A DNA stretch of 64,000 nucleotides. Source: Candidatus Peregrinibacteria bacterium (lineage in GTDB: Bacteria > Patescibacteriota > Gracilibacteria > UBA1369). Each line of letters starts with the position of its first letter. Within the stretch, counting starts at the first letter, position 1. The translations under genes were made by a program, and so were the position numbers. Below the pieces are notes generated by a model that did no database searches, was not told where the DNA came from, and saw only the letters and a list, made by a program, of their open reading frames with translations. Below are positions 18,986 through 29,674 of this stretch, piece after piece. The DNA lies in assembly GCA_963708185.1 (NCBI GenBank), contig OY970195.1, positions 1,248,001 through 1,312,000 of the forward strand, written 5' to 3'.

Positions 18986-19008
18986 GGAGGCGGCTTTCGC
19001 CGTGGACG
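18986..19008 (+). repeat. 23-bp direct repeat, copy 2
   Basis: GGAGGCGGCTTTCGCCGTGGACG. Confidence 0.95.
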
Positions 19009-19070
19009 GGTTTTATCGTTGTAGTTGATTTTTTCTGGAAGAGATCGGCTGAAAGGGCTATAGTTGTTTT

Positions 19071-21716
19071 ATGAAAACAGCTCTTATTTATGCGTTTCCG
19101 GGTTCACACGCCGTCGATTTTGCGGAAGTGGGCGGCAAGGGGCTTTCTCTGATGCAGGGCAGTAAAGCAAAGTTGCCGGTGCCTCCCGGATTTATTTTGA
19201 CGGTGAAGTTTTTTGATCCGTGGATGAAGCATCTGCACCGGACGGCGCTTTGGAAAAGTTTTTTGAAAGCCGATGAGACTGAGTTGCCGAAAATTTGCGC
19301 GGAGCTTAAAAAGGACGCCGGGAAGCTGGTCTTTACCGAGGGACAGAAGAAACTTGTTGATGCCGCTCTCAAAAAATTTTGGCGCGATGAGAAGCATCAT
19401 GTTGCCGGACCAACGGCTCTTTTTGCGGTGCGTTCTTCGTCGCCGGAAGAGGACATGGAGGGTTCGTCCTTTGCCGGCGGGTATGAGACAGTGCTGGGCG
19501 TTCCTCCCGGACAACTGGAAGCGGCCGTGCGAAAAGCGTTTATTTCCTGTCTGGATTATCGCGTGTTCGTGTACAAGAAGGAGAACGGATTTGAAGCGCA
19601 CGATCCTAAAATTGCGGTAGTGGTCCAGCGGCAGATCGCCAGCGAAACGGCGGGCGTGGCTTTTTCGTTGAATCCGGTGACGAACAATTTCGATGAAGCC
19701 GTCATCAACGCCAACTTCGGCCTGGGAGAGACAGTGGTTTCGGGAGTGATGACGCCGGATACGTATACCGTGGATGAGGTGACGTTAAAAATTTCCGGCA
19801 GACTGATCGGGAGCAAAGAGAAGTCCTTGTGGTTGACTCCGAAGGGAGGGACGGTTGAAAAGCCGGGACAGAAGCGGAGGAAGCCTTCACTGAAAGATGT
19901 CCAGATCCTGGCGCTGGCAAGGCTCACCAAGAAAGTGGAGAATTTTTACAAGATGCCGATGGATATCGAGTGGGCATTCTGCGGCGGGAAACTTTTTTTG
20001 CTCCAGGCCCGGCCGATTACGGGTTATATGCCGATTTCTCCGGAGATGATGACGGCTCCAGGTAAACGAAAACGTTTGTATTTTGACGTCACCGCGACGA
20101 TACAGGGTATGGACGATCCGGTCTGCGTGACGAGCACATCCTGTTTTTTGGCGATCGTGAAGAACGTGGGAAAAATTTTTTTCAATCGTGATCTGACGAA
20201 AAATATTGCAACGTCTATCGCCTGGGTTTCCGGCGGCCGCCTGTATTTGAATTTTTCTGTTTTTCTCAGGTTGCTTGGAAAAGACAAGGTTGCGGGGTTC
20301 GTGTCTGTGTTTGATCAGTTGAGCGCGCGCACGATGCGCGGAGTCGATGAAAAAATGTACGCGGCACAGAAAAGGAAAAGCCAGCTTTTGCCTTTGAACA
20401 TGCTTTGGAAGCTTCCGGGTATCGCGGAGAGGCTCATTGAATCGAACGTTATGCCGGAGCATCTTCATAAGGTCATCCAGAAACGGCTCGACCGTTTCAT
20501 GGCTCAGATGCGCTCGCTGGCTGCGGGGGATCTCGGTTTTTCCGACCTGGCAAATACGATGATCAGACATTTGATTCTCGATGTTTTTTTACAGACGGTG
20601 CCTTTGTTCGTGAAGTCCCATTTTATTTTCAATATCATGGAGAAGATGGTCGGCAAGGAAGGAAAAAGCATGATCGGGAAACTGCAATTTTCCCTTCCCA
20701 ACAATATTACGACGGAGATGGGTTTGGCGCTTGCCAGGGTTGCGGAACTTTTGCCTCCGCGTCTTACCCTGGACAAACTGGAAGCCCGTCTCAAGAAAAA
20801 AAATCTTCCCAAGCCCTTCATGAAGGCCTGGAAAGCGTTTCTTGCCGAGTATGGCCACCGCGGGCTGACGGAACTTGATCTGGCAATGCCCAAATATCAC
20901 GAAGCCCCGAAGTATTTGTTGAACCTGCTTATTTCCATCCGCAAATCCCCGCGGGGAGAGGGTCCGCTCGAAGTTTTTGAACGTCACCGTCTTGAACGGG
21001 AGGAAACTTTTCAATATTTTTACAAACGTCTGAGGGCGCAAAATCCGCGCAAGGCGGCAAAGTTCGCTTCGCTTTACCGGCAGGTGGAAATTTTCGGGGG
21101 ATACCGTGAGCTCCACAAATACCATGCGGCGTTCGTCGTCGATCTGTTGCGCCGGAAGATTTTAAAAGAAGCTCAGGCTTTGTGCAAAGCCGGGCGCCTG
21201 GATTCCGTGGAACAGGTTTTCGATCTTACGCTGGACGATCTTGATGCGGCGAGGAAGAACAAACGGCTCGATTTGCGGAAACTCGGAAAAAAGAACAAGG
21301 TTTTTATTGAACGTTTGAAAAAAGTTCCACTGTTGCCTTCAATCTTCGATTCCCGTGGGCTGATTTTGCGTCCGCCGCCGCTGCCGGTGAAAAAAGGCGA
21401 AGTCGCCGGTGTTCCGGTCTCTCCGGGGAAGGTGAGAGGGCGCGTGAAAGTGCTCCATGCCCCCGATGAAAAAGAGCTGAAGAAAGGGGAGATTCTTGTG
21501 GCCCGGTCAACGGATCCGGGCTGGACGCCGCTCTTCGTGAACGCGGCCGCGGTGGTCCTGGAGGTGGGCGGTGTACTGCAGCACGGAGCGCTCGTCGCCC
21601 GCGAATACGGGTTGCCCTGCATTGTCGGCGTCGAAAAAGCCACGTCGCAGTGGAAAGACGGTGATTTGGTGGAGGTGGACGGTTCGTCCGGAATCATCCG
21701 CATGATCAATCAATAA
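19071..21716 (+). CDS. PEP-synthase-like phosphotransferase with rifampin phosphotransferase/PigC architecture
   Basis: N-terminal ATP-grasp (GGKG, AVRSS..ED...SFAG, DIEWA, LQARPIT), central domain, C-terminal swivel His domain (TDPGW, HGALVAREYG). Confidence 0.85.
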   Translation: MKTALIYAFPGSHAVDFAEVGGKGLSLMQGSKAKLPVPPGFILTVKFFDPWMKHLHRTALWKSFLKADETELPKICAELKKDAGKLVFTEGQKKLVDAALKKFWRDEKHHVAGPTALFAVRSSSPEEDMEGSSFAGGYETVLGVPPGQLEAAVRKAFISCLDYRVFVYKKENGFEAHDPKIAVVVQRQIASETAGVAFSLNPVTNNFDEAVINANFGLGETVVSGVMTPDTYTVDEVTLKISGRLIGSKEKSLWLTPKGGTVEKPGQKRRKPSLKDVQILALARLTKKVENFYKMPMDIEWAFCGGKLFLLQARPITGYMPISPEMMTAPGKRKRLYFDVTATIQGMDDPVCVTSTSCFLAIVKNVGKIFFNRDLTKNIATSIAWVSGGRLYLNFSVFLRLLGKDKVAGFVSVFDQLSARTMRGVDEKMYAAQKRKSQLLPLNMLWKLPGIAERLIESNVMPEHLHKVIQKRLDRFMAQMRSLAAGDLGFSDLANTMIRHLILDVFLQTVPLFVKSHFIFNIMEKMVGKEGKSMIGKLQFSLPNNITTEMGLALARVAELLPPRLTLDKLEARLKKKNLPKPFMKAWKAFLAEYGHRGLTELDLAMPKYHEAPKYLLNLLISIRKSPRGEGPLEVFERHRLEREETFQYFYKRLRAQNPRKAAKFASLYRQVEIFGGYRELHKYHAAFVVDLLRRKILKEAQALCKAGRLDSVEQVFDLTLDDLDAARKNKRLDLRKLGKKNKVFIERLKKVPLLPSIFDSRGLILRPPPLPVKKGEVAGVPVSPGKVRGRVKVLHAPDEKELKKGEILVARSTDPGWTPLFVNAAAVVLEVGGVLQHGALVAREYGLPCIVGVEKATSQWKDGDLVEVDGSSGIIRMINQ

Positions 21717-21737
21717 TCATAACTTAACTTTTTCATC

Positions 21738-22397
21738 ATGAAAAACCCCATCGAACCAACATGGAAAACAGAAATTTTTCCGGTTTTCTGCCTAACCGCA
21801 GCTTTTGCGGCTTCGTTTTATTTTTACAACCATTTTCCTGCTCAGGTCCCGACTCACTGGGGTCTTTCCGGGCAGCCCAACGGGTGGAGCACCCGGGGTT
21901 TCGGGGCTTTTTTTCTGCCGGTTCTTTCTCTGGTCATTTATCTGATCCTGTTGTTTTTGCCTTACCTGGACCCCAAACACAAGCACTACAAGGATTTCAA
22001 AAACGTTTATCACATTTTCAAGGGAGTGATCGTTGGATTTATGGTTGCCCTTTATTTTTTGGTTTCTTTTAACGTTCTTAATGATGATGTTTCCATAAAG
22101 ACCATTGTGCCGTTCAGCGTCGGTGTGCTTTTTCTGGTGTTGGGCAGTTTTATGGGCAAGATAAAGAGCAACTGGTTCGTGGGAGTTCGTACCCCGTGGA
22201 CGCTTTCGAGCGAAACCGTTTGGAACAAAACCCATCGGCTTACCGGCAAAACGTTCATCGGCGGCGGTTTGATCTTCATGATCATTCCCTTTTTCGGAGA
22301 ACGGCTCAAAATATGGCTGATCATCACCACGATCGTCCTCTTGGTCCTGGTTCCGATTGTCTACTCCTACATCGCGTACCGGCAGGAGCGGAAGTAG
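21738..22397 (+). CDS. SdpI family (DUF1648 + SdpI) membrane protein
   Basis: VPTHW...G.PNGW and NWFVGVRTPWTL...W.KTHR..G motifs. Confidence 0.9.
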   Translation: MKNPIEPTWKTEIFPVFCLTAAFAASFYFYNHFPAQVPTHWGLSGQPNGWSTRGFGAFFLPVLSLVIYLILLFLPYLDPKHKHYKDFKNVYHIFKGVIVGFMVALYFLVSFNVLNDDVSIKTIVPFSVGVLFLVLGSFMGKIKSNWFVGVRTPWTLSSETVWNKTHRLTGKTFIGGGLIFMIIPFFGERLKIWLIITTIVLLVLVPIVYSYIAYRQERK

Positions 22398-22403
22398 CGA
22401 ATG

Positions 22404-22589
22404 CTATTTCTGGTTGGGTTTCCTGATGTGCTTCACGAGCGCAATGATCATCAGCATGAGAACCGTCCATGCCAGGAGCAGCGTGATCAAGTTCGCGATC
22501 TGGGGGAGGACTGAGTAGCCTTCTGATTTTTGCGGGGGACGGTTCCGGTTGTTTCCCGTGGCATTGTTGCCGTAAAAATTGCCCATCAT
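22404..22589 (-). CDS. Small membrane peptide, possibly the C-terminal part of the upstream gene
   Basis: MMG start overlaps the upstream stop (ATGA); one TM. Confidence 0.5.
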   Translation of the reverse strand: MMGNFYGNNATGNNRNRPPQKSEGYSVLPQIANLITLLLAWTVLMLMIIALVKHIRKPNQK

Positions 22590-23104
22590 GGATGGGAGGG
22601 GCCCCCTGCTTCGGGATTGCCATACATGTAGTTTCCGTTGCCGTACATCATTGGCATCATGCCTTGAAAATTGGCGTATTGTTGAGGTAAGGCCGCTGTT
22701 GTGTCGCAGCCGCTGTACCTTTTGCCCATCACGATGTGCATCTGTTTCTCGCCGTCATTGCCGAGAGACTGTGACATCATGGTGTCCATGAAGTCGTGCC
22801 CGTTGCCCATCATCTGGTTCATGAAGTAGTCGCCGAGGACGTCGAAGTCGTCGTCGGTAAGGGTCTTACAGGTGACTTTTTTCGACTGGAGCTGGGTCCA
22901 TACGGCTTCGCCTTTCGCCACGTCATCGGGACTTGATGTTTGGGAGGAAGATCCGTTTTGTCCCGGAGTTTCCTGGGTCGAGGAGGGATATTGATTCATC
23001 ATCGCTCCTCCGTACCAGTTCTGCCCCATCATACCTTGGGCAGAAGCCAATGGAGCGATCATCAAAAAACTTACAACAACAAGTGAAAGTGTGATTTTTT
23101 TCAT
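22586..23104 (-). CDS. Secreted Met-rich protein, putative copper-binding
   Basis: Signal peptide; GMMG, MNQMMG.GH..MD.MM, MH..MG..SGC; divergent from csoR. Confidence 0.7.
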   Translation of the reverse strand: MKKITLSLVVVSFLMIAPLASAQGMMGQNWYGGAMMNQYPSSTQETPGQNGSSSQTSSPDDVAKGEAVWTQLQSKKVTCKTLTDDDFDVLGDYFMNQMMGNGHDFMDTMMSQSLGNDGEKQMHIVMGKRYSGCDTTAALPQQYANFQGMMPMMYGNGNYMYGNPEAGGPSHP

Positions 23105-23166
23105 AAATCCGTGAGTTAATGAATGAGTCGGGAAATTTTTGGTTGCGGGTTGCTTTTTTCTTTTTT

Positions 23167-23189
23167 ATACCTATACTGGGTATAGGCAT
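23167..23189. promoter_or_regulatory. CsoR-type operator
   Basis: ATACCTATAC-TGG-GTATAGGCAT near-perfect palindrome upstream of csoR. Confidence 0.7.
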
Positions 23190-23207
23190 TTCGTAATATA
23201 TCATTGT

Positions 23208-23483
23208 ATGGTTGAACCGTTCAAGGGGAAAACATTGTTGCGTCTTAAAAAAGCCCGTGGCCAGGTTGAAGGAATTCTCAAGATGGTCGAAGGTGATAAG
23301 TACTGTGTCGACATTATAACGCAAATCTTAGCGCTGGAAGGCAGCTTGAAAGCCGTTTCAAAGCTTATTCTCGAAAGCCACCTCAATACGTGCGGGGAAA
23401 AAGAGCTGGGTTCGAAGAATAAAAAAAGGAAAGACAAGTTTGTGCAGGAGATCGTCAAGATCGTGGAGTATTCAGGGCGTTAG
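23208..23483 (+). CDS. csoR: CsoR/RcnR family metal-sensing repressor
   Basis: RL....GQ..GI..M.....YC.DI..Q...H...C motif; ATG at 23208. Confidence 0.88.
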   Translation: MVEPFKGKTLLRLKKARGQVEGILKMVEGDKYCVDIITQILALEGSLKAVSKLILESHLNTCGEKELGSKNKKRKDKFVQEIVKIVEYSGR

Positions 23484-23507
23484 TTTAATTTCTCATATTT
23501 TGTATTT

Positions 23508-23909
23508 ATGCCGGAACAGACTGCGTACGGTTATAGCACGGAAGTTTCCATGGGATTTCATGAAGCCGTTAAAATGGTGACGGAAGTTTTGCAAAACGAA
23601 GGTTTCGGGATTTTGACGACGATCGATATCAAGGTGAAGATGAAGGAAAAAATGGGGAAAGAGATGGATGATTATGTGATCCTTGGGGCGTGCAATCCGC
23701 CGATGGCTTCACGGGCGCTGGATGCTGAAACGGAAATAGGGCTTCTTTTGCCTTGCAATGTTATTGTTTACCGAAAAAACGGGAAAACGTTTGTTTCTGC
23801 GGTGATGCCCTCAAGCATGATGGGTTTGATCGGGAAAAAAGAGCTTGAGGAGGTGGGCGGAGAGGTTGAAGTGAAGCTGAAGAAAGTCATTGATACTTTA
23901 AACGGTTAA
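23508..23909 (+). CDS. DUF302 domain protein
   Basis: GFGIL..ID...ILGACNP...IGLLLPCN. Confidence 0.9.
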   Translation: MPEQTAYGYSTEVSMGFHEAVKMVTEVLQNEGFGILTTIDIKVKMKEKMGKEMDDYVILGACNPPMASRALDAETEIGLLLPCNVIVYRKNGKTFVSAVMPSSMMGLIGKKELEEVGGEVEVKLKKVIDTLNG

Positions 23910-23913
23910 TATC

Positions 23914-26061
23914 ATGGTTCAACGAAAAGTTTATACATGTCCGATGCATCCGGAGATCGAGCAGAATCTTCCGGGGATGTGCACGGAGTGCGGCATGCAG
24001 CTCGTGCCCGGCGGGAAAAAGCATATGGCTCATGACCATGGCGGCCATCACGATCATGGTCCTTCCGGTAGCCAAAAAGGCGGGAAGCCGGGCTTTGACA
24101 AGCACGCCGGGCACAACGTGAATGTATTCGCCAGAAAATTCTGGGTATCGCTGGTTTTGACAGTGCCGGTTCTTTTGTATTCTGAACTGCCGCAACAGTT
24201 TTTTGGATGGAGCGCACCGCCGTTCCCGGGGTCGCAGTACATGGAACTGGTTTTGGGTTCGTTGGTGTTTTTTTACGGGGGGTGGGTGTTTCTCGCCGGC
24301 GCCTGGCGTGAGATCAGGGGAAAACTGCCCGGCATGATGACGCTCATCGCCATCGCGGTGACGGCGGCATATTTGTTCAGCGCGTACGCGGTTTTTGCGG
24401 GAGTTGGCCATACGCTTTTCTGGGAATTAACGACACTCATCGACATCATGCTGCTTGGTCACTGGATTGAAATGCGTTCGGTGAAAGGAGCCCAGGGGGC
24501 TTTGCGTGAACTTTCCAAGCTGCTTCCCGATACCGTTGAGATCGTGGACGGACGGACGACTCACACCATTCCTTTAGAAAATTTGAAAGTCGGCGATGTT
24601 GTGCTGGTGAGACCGGGCGGCAAGATTCCTGCCGACGGGAAAGTGGTTGAAGGGAAGTCCGACGTCAATGAATCCATGATCACGGGAGAGTCGAAACCTG
24701 TCGGCAAAAATTCCGGAAATGACGTGATCGCCGGGACTATCAACGGCGACGGCATGCTCAAGGTGAAGGTTGAAAAAATCGGGGAGGATACTTTTCTGGC
24801 AGGCGTGAAACGTCTTATTTTGGAAGCGCAGGCTTCGAAATCCCGCTTGCAGCTCCTTTCCGATCGGGCGGCGTTTTATCTGACGATCATCGCCGTCGTG
24901 GCCGGTGCCGCGACGTTCGGGGCTTGGATGTTTGTGGGCGCGGGGCTTGTTTTTGCGGTTGAACGTCTGGTGGCGGTCTTGGTGATTACCTGTCCGCACG
25001 CGCTCGGACTTGCCGTTCCGCTCGTGGCTTCGATCTCAACGACGATGGCCGCGCGCAACGGGCTGCTCATCAAGCAGCGTATTGCGCTTGAGGCGGCGCG
25101 CGGCGTGGACGTGATTCTTTTTGATAAAACGGGAACGTTAACGAAAGGCGAGTATGGCGTAGATAAAATCTGGCCCGTCCATGCGGTGAATACAAAGGAG
25201 GTTCTCCAGCTGGCGGCGTCGGTGGATGCTCATTCGGAACATTTTATTGCCCGTGCGATTGTAGCTGAGGCGCACGCTCAAAATCTTTCGATCATGGAAG
25301 CCGAGGATTTCGGGCGTATCCCCGGTAAAGGCGTGAAAGGGGTTGTCCGTGGACAGCAGGTTGATCTTGGGAGTATGACTCTTGCCGCAGAACGCGGTGT
25401 CGTCTTCCCACAAAAGATCCGGGAGGAGATTGCGGCCGAAAGTTTAAAAGGCAAAACAGTCATCGCCGTGCTTCGCGGGAAAGAGGCCGTGGGGGTGTTG
25501 GCGCTCGGAGACGTCATCCGGGAAGAATCCCGTCAGGCGATCAAGGATTTGAAGGAGAGCGGATTGAAGATCGCCATGGTCACCGGTGATTCGGAAGAGG
25601 TCGCCAAGTGGGTCGCCGACGATCTGGGCATCGACGAATATTTTGCGAAAGTTCTTCCGGAACAGAAGGCGGAAAAAGTGAAGCTGCTCCAGCACCGCGG
25701 CATGAAAGTGGCGATGGTGGGGGACGGCATCAACGACGCGCCGGCCCTGACACAAGCGGATGTGGGTATCGCCATCGGCGCGGGAACAAATGTGGCGATT
25801 GAATCAGCGGGAATCATTCTGGTAAAAAACGATCCGCGGGACATCGTGAAAATCATTCGTCTTTCAAGGCTGACGTACGCCAAGATGATGCAGAATCTTT
25901 TCTGGGCGACGGGATACAACGCCATCGCTTTGCCGTTGGGGGCCGGCGCACTGGCTTCATGGGGCGTTATCATGCAACCGGCCTTTGCGGCGATTTTGAT
26001 GTCTTTGAGTACGGTCATCGTGGCGGTGAACGCCGTGATGCTGAGGAAAAGCAAACTTTAA
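23914..26061 (+). CDS. copB: Copper-translocating P1B-type ATPase (CopB/P1B-3-like)
   Basis: YTCPMHP N-terminal metal domain, His-rich segment, [25 protein letters not shown] and MSLST. Confidence 0.88.
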   Translation: MVQRKVYTCPMHPEIEQNLPGMCTECGMQLVPGGKKHMAHDHGGHHDHGPSGSQKGGKPGFDKHAGHNVNVFARKFWVSLVLTVPVLLYSELPQQFFGWSAPPFPGSQYMELVLGSLVFFYGGWVFLAGAWREIRGKLPGMMTLIAIAVTAAYLFSAYAVFAGVGHTLFWELTTLIDIMLLGHWIEMRSVKGAQGALRELSKLLPDTVEIVDGRTTHTIPLENLKVGDVVLVRPGGKIPADGKVVEGKSDVNESMITGESKPVGKNSGNDVIAGTINGDGMLKVKVEKIGEDTFLAGVKRLILEAQASKSRLQLLSDRAAFYLTIIAVVAGAATFGAWMFVGAGLVFAVERLVAVLVITCPHALGLAVPLVASISTTMAARNGLLIKQRIALEAARGVDVILFDKTGTLTKGEYGVDKIWPVHAVNTKEVLQLAASVDAHSEHFIARAIVAEAHAQNLSIMEAEDFGRIPGKGVKGVVRGQQVDLGSMTLAAERGVVFPQKIREEIAAESLKGKTVIAVLRGKEAVGVLALGDVIREESRQAIKDLKESGLKIAMVTGDSEEVAKWVADDLGIDEYFAKVLPEQKAEKVKLLQHRGMKVAMVGDGINDAPALTQADVGIAIGAGTNVAIESAGIILVKNDPRDIVKIIRLSRLTYAKMMQNLFWATGYNAIALPLGAGALASWGVIMQPAFAAILMSLSTVIVAVNAVMLRKSKL

Positions 26062-26071
26062 TTTTCCGGGT

Positions 26072-26989
26072 TTATTCCGGATCGGTCTGCTGGGAGGCGA
26101 TGAGCTGTTTCATAAGGTCGGAAGCTTTTCCGATCTGGGTGTCCATGAAGATGACCTTCTGGTTCGGCGTGGTGCCGATGCCTTTGAGGGTGTCGAGATA
26201 CTGGGTGAGCGTAAGTATGGCCATGATTTCCTTGGATTCCTGGTGGGTCGCGGTCTTCATGATCTCGAAAGACTCTTTCAAACCACGGGCGATGGCTTCG
26301 CGTTCGAGGGCCATACCTTCACCCTGGAGCTGTTTGCGGATCTTGTCGGCTTCCGCTTCTTTGACGGCCTGGATCTTGACGGCTTCACCTTTGTTTTCGG
26401 CGGCTTTGCGGAGCTGTTCCGAAGCTACGACTTCGCTCATGGCCTGGGTAATGGTGGCCGGGAAGTTGACGTTGACGATCTGGTAGCTTTTGATGTTCAT
26501 GCCCCATTCCTGGAATTGGGTCTCGAGATCGGTCTTAATGTGAAGGGCCAGTTCCTCCTTTTTTTCAAGAATGCCTTCGTGGGTCTCCTTGGCAATGTAG
26601 GTGCGGAGCGAGTTTTCAATGATGGCGCCGATGGATTGCTCGCGGCTCTGGAGAACGTAGGTAAAACTTTTGATGCCTTCCACTGAAGGGTCAACGGCAT
26701 AAATAAGATTGGTGCCGACGTCAACGATGACCTTGTCTTTGGAAGGATATTTCCCCGCGATGGCGAAGTTCTGCTGGCGAAGCGAGATTTTTGCCGCGAC
26801 TCTTTCCACGAGGGGAAGTTTGAAGTTGATGCCGGCGGTCATGACGCGGCGGAACTGACCGAGGAATTCGATGACGTACACCGTGTTTTGCTGGACGACG
26901 CGGATATTTTTGAAAATGGCGATGATAATGAGTAAGAGAATCAGGAGGCTGAAGAATCCATAGTAACCTCCATCTACAGAGCCGTTCAT
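26072..26989 (-). CDS. SPFH/band 7 domain protein
   Basis: N-terminal TM, V.E..G.F......G..F..P, AM...AAE.KGEA coiled coil, TQYLDTL. Confidence 0.9.
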   Translation of the reverse strand: MNGSVDGGYYGFFSLLILLLIIIAIFKNIRVVQQNTVYVIEFLGQFRRVMTAGINFKLPLVERVAAKISLRQQNFAIAGKYPSKDKVIVDVGTNLIYAVDPSVEGIKSFTYVLQSREQSIGAIIENSLRTYIAKETHEGILEKKEELALHIKTDLETQFQEWGMNIKSYQIVNVNFPATITQAMSEVVASEQLRKAAENKGEAVKIQAVKEAEADKIRKQLQGEGMALEREAIARGLKESFEIMKTATHQESKEIMAILTLTQYLDTLKGIGTTPNQKVIFMDTQIGKASDLMKQLIASQQTDPE

Positions 26990-27141
26990 AAGGGGGTAAG
27001 GTTAAGAAATGAGGAGAGTGTCTGGATGAGCATATAGGGTCTTTGGGGAGATGACAACCTATCAGGGCGTGTTGCTGTTTTAGTTAAAATATGTTATAGT
27101 AACATGAACAGATAAAATTATTCTATAAAAATAAAACCCCC

Positions 27142-28434
27142 ATGGCTTTCAAAGAATTTTTTTCAAGATATAAGTCTTTACTCTACATCATCGCAGCGGT
27201 GTTGCTTTTTGCTCTCGCCGCCGCCGCCCTGTATTTTTCGAATCCGGCGTTGTACAAGGCTTCGTTGACGCTGAATCCGGCTGTGACGACGATTCAAAAC
27301 ACCACGAATTCCAATACCAATAAAATTATTCAGGCGGTACAATCTCCTTACTGTTTTGCAAAGCCGAGTCCCGCCTATCTCGCCGGTACCGGCGTGATGA
27401 AACATGTTGACGTTACCTGGGACGTGTACGATCCGGGCGGCGGCATAAGTTTTCATTGGACTTTCGATGTGGGCGGTTCCTATAACAAGCAGGCAACCGC
27501 AACGTATAAAACGCCAGGGACAAAAACGGCGACCGTCACCTACCAGTACGGTCCGGACGTTTACGCACAGCCTTTGACGTGTACCGTCAACGTCATTGAC
27601 CAGGAAGCGCAACAGAGCGGCGATGATCTGCTCCAGTTGACCCAACAGGGCGGAGGACAACAGCAATCACAGCAGGGTCTTCCCATCAACCAGAATTCCC
27701 AGTCTTCTCCGGCTCCGGCACCAAGCCCTTCTCCAACACCATCGCCGACACCGACCCCTTCTCCAACACCAACCCCAACACCAGCACCAACACCGACCCC
27801 AAGCCCGGCGCCAACGCCGACCCCAAGCCCGGCGCCAACGCCTTCGCCGGCTCCGCAAGTGGGAACCGTATCCACAGATTGTTCGATGTTCCGTGACGTT
27901 TCTGCGAAAGATCCTGATTGTGCCGCGATCGGTTTTGTGAACAGTATCGGCGCGATGACGGGAAATCCCGACGGAACCTTCGGTCCGAATGCGCTGCTGC
28001 AAAGAGACCAGGTCGCCAAGATCATTCTCGTGGCGTTCAAACTGTATGACAGCAATACGCCGTGCGGCAGGCAATCCTTTCCGGATGTCGGCGCAACCGA
28101 CTGGTCGTATTCTTATATCTGTACCGCGGCTTCGGAAGGACTCATTACCGGTTATCAGTCAGGTCCGGATGCCGGGTTTTACCGGCCGAGTAGAAATGTC
28201 AGCCGTGCAGAATTTCTCGCACTTCTTTTGAGGAGTCTGGGTGATCAGATCCCAAGTAACGATAATACTTCCTACAGCGACGTTCCCGCCGGACAATGGT
28301 ACAGCGGTTACGCAAAATATGCCCAGCAGCACGGATTGTTTCCGGGCAACACGTTGAATCCCGCAAGTTTCACGACTCGCCGTGAAGTGGCAAGAACCCT
28401 TTACGCGCTCTACCTCCAGGGGAAACTCTGGTAA
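27142..28434 (+). CDS. S-layer homology (SLH) domain protein with Pro/Thr linker
   Basis: N-terminal TM, (PT/PS)n linker, three F/Y.DV...G...P...xR.E/Q SLH units. Confidence 0.85.
   Translation: MAFKEFFSRYKSLLYIIAAVLLFALAAAALYFSNPALYKASLTLNPAVTTIQNTTNSNTNKIIQAVQSPYCFAKPSPAYLAGTGVMKHVDVTWDVYDPGGGISFHWTFDVGGSYNKQATATYKTPGTKTATVTYQYGPDVYAQPLTCTVNVIDQEAQQSGDDLLQLTQQGGGQQQSQQGLPINQNSQSSPAPAPSPSPTPSPTPTPSPTPTPTPAPTPTPSPAPTPTPSPAPTPSPAPQVGTVSTDCSMFRDVSAKDPDCAAIGFVNSIGAMTGNPDGTFGPNALLQRDQVAKIILVAFKLYDSNTPCGRQSFPDVGATDWSYSYICTAASEGLITGYQSGPDAGFYRPSRNVSRAEFLALLLRSLGDQIPSNDNTSYSDVPAGQWYSGYAKYAQQHGLFPGNTLNPASFTTRREVARTLYALYLQGKLW
27708..27855 (+). repeat. Coding Pro-Thr/Pro-Ser tandem repeat
   Basis: Degenerate CCNWCN/CCNGCN codon repeats. 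Confidence 0.85.
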
Positions 28435-28438
28435 GAGA

Positions 28439-29638
28439 TCAGGTATGAAATTTGTGATTGGAAATCGCCGGAAGCGCGAATCCGAAAATTAATAAACATA
28501 CCGCGATGAAAATCGCGTTGGTCAGGTACGGAAGGCCCGGTGAGTACACATACAGCCAGGCCGCGTACAGTGGACCGAGAATGCGGGCGACGGACTGGAT
28601 GCCTTGATTGGCTCCCTGGATCCTTCCCTGCATTTTTGGTTCCACCGAATTGGCGATGAGTCCGTTCATGGAGGGTTCGAACAGTCCGTCGCCGAGGACG
28701 AAGACGACGACGCCGGCGTAGAGAAGGACTGCGGAGGGGAAGAAAACCACGGATGCGATGATCAGAAAACCGATGCCGTTGATGATCAGTCCTATGATCG
28801 TCAGGACGGTTTCGCCGAGAACGTGGACGAGTTTGCTCGTAAGATATCCTTGGGCGAAAATATCGATCACTCCGACGATGAAGAGTACGATGCCGACTTC
28901 AGTGGGACCCCAGTTGAGGACGTCTTTCATGAAAACCGAGAAGTTGCTTTGAAGACCCGTTGCCGCAAAAAAGAAGAGGAAGCTCACGAGGAAGAGCGTC
29001 CGCAGCACTTTCAGCGAAAAAATGTGATTGAACTGGGCAAGAGGGTTGAGGTGGCTGAGTTTGAACTCTTTGACGCGATGTTCGGGCGCGAGGCTTTCGG
29101 GCAGGACAAAATACCCCCACAGCATGTTGAGGAAGGTGACGCCGGCGGCGATGTACAAAGGAGCTTCCAGACTGATGTTCGCGGCGAGTCCTCCGATGGC
29201 GGGTCCGACCATGAATCCGATGCCGCCGGCCGCTCCGGCAAGGCCGTAGATCTTTCCGCGTTGCCTCGGTTCCGTGACGTCAGCGATGTAGGCGTAGGCC
29301 GTACTGATGTTTCCTCCGGTGAGTCCGTCAATGACACGGCCGAGGAACAGCATGAAGAGTGATCCGCCGATGCCCATGATAATATAGCCGGCGATCGATC
29401 CGGCAAGGCTGGCCAGCAGTACGGGGCGCCGTCCGAAACGGTCGCTTAAAAGCCCGAGTCCCGGCGCTGCGAAGAACTGGCACAGCGCGTAGCAGGACAT
29501 AATGAGTCCCACGTTGAGGGCGATGTCGGCGTTACCGGCGTATTTTTCGACCAAAAAGGGGATCACCGGAATGATAATCGTGAATCCCAGGAAGGTCATG
29601 AAGGTGGTCAGGAGGATGAAGCGGATCGAGTTTTTCAA
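28439..29638 (-). CDS. TetA/DHA1-like MFS drug efflux transporter
   Basis: GLLSDRFGRRPV motif A, GRVIDG, G...GPAIGG motif C, 12 TM; start probably TTG 29638 because the track start 29695 lies inside a hairpin. Confidence 0.88.
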   Translation of the reverse strand: MKNSIRFILLTTFMTFLGFTIIIPVIPFLVEKYAGNADIALNVGLIMSCYALCQFFAAPGLGLLSDRFGRRPVLLASLAGSIAGYIIMGIGGSLFMLFLGRVIDGLTGGNISTAYAYIADVTEPRQRGKIYGLAGAAGGIGFMVGPAIGGLAANISLEAPLYIAAGVTFLNMLWGYFVLPESLAPEHRVKEFKLSHLNPLAQFNHIFSLKVLRTLFLVSFLFFFAATGLQSNFSVFMKDVLNWGPTEVGIVLFIVGVIDIFAQGYLTSKLVHVLGETVLTIIGLIINGIGFLIIASVVFFPSAVLLYAGVVVFVLGDGLFEPSMNGLIANSVEPKMQGRIQGANQGIQSVARILGPLYAAWLYVYSPGLPYLTNAIFIAVCLLIFGFALPAISNHKFHT

Positions 29639-29674
29639 GTGGTGTATGAAATGCTTTAAGTAGCCCAATGTATA

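Noticed and set aside
18986-19008. Rifamycin-associated element (RAE) upstream of the RPH-like gene
   Set aside because: The 23-mer does not match the actinobacterial RAE palindrome and also occurs upstream of an unrelated gene
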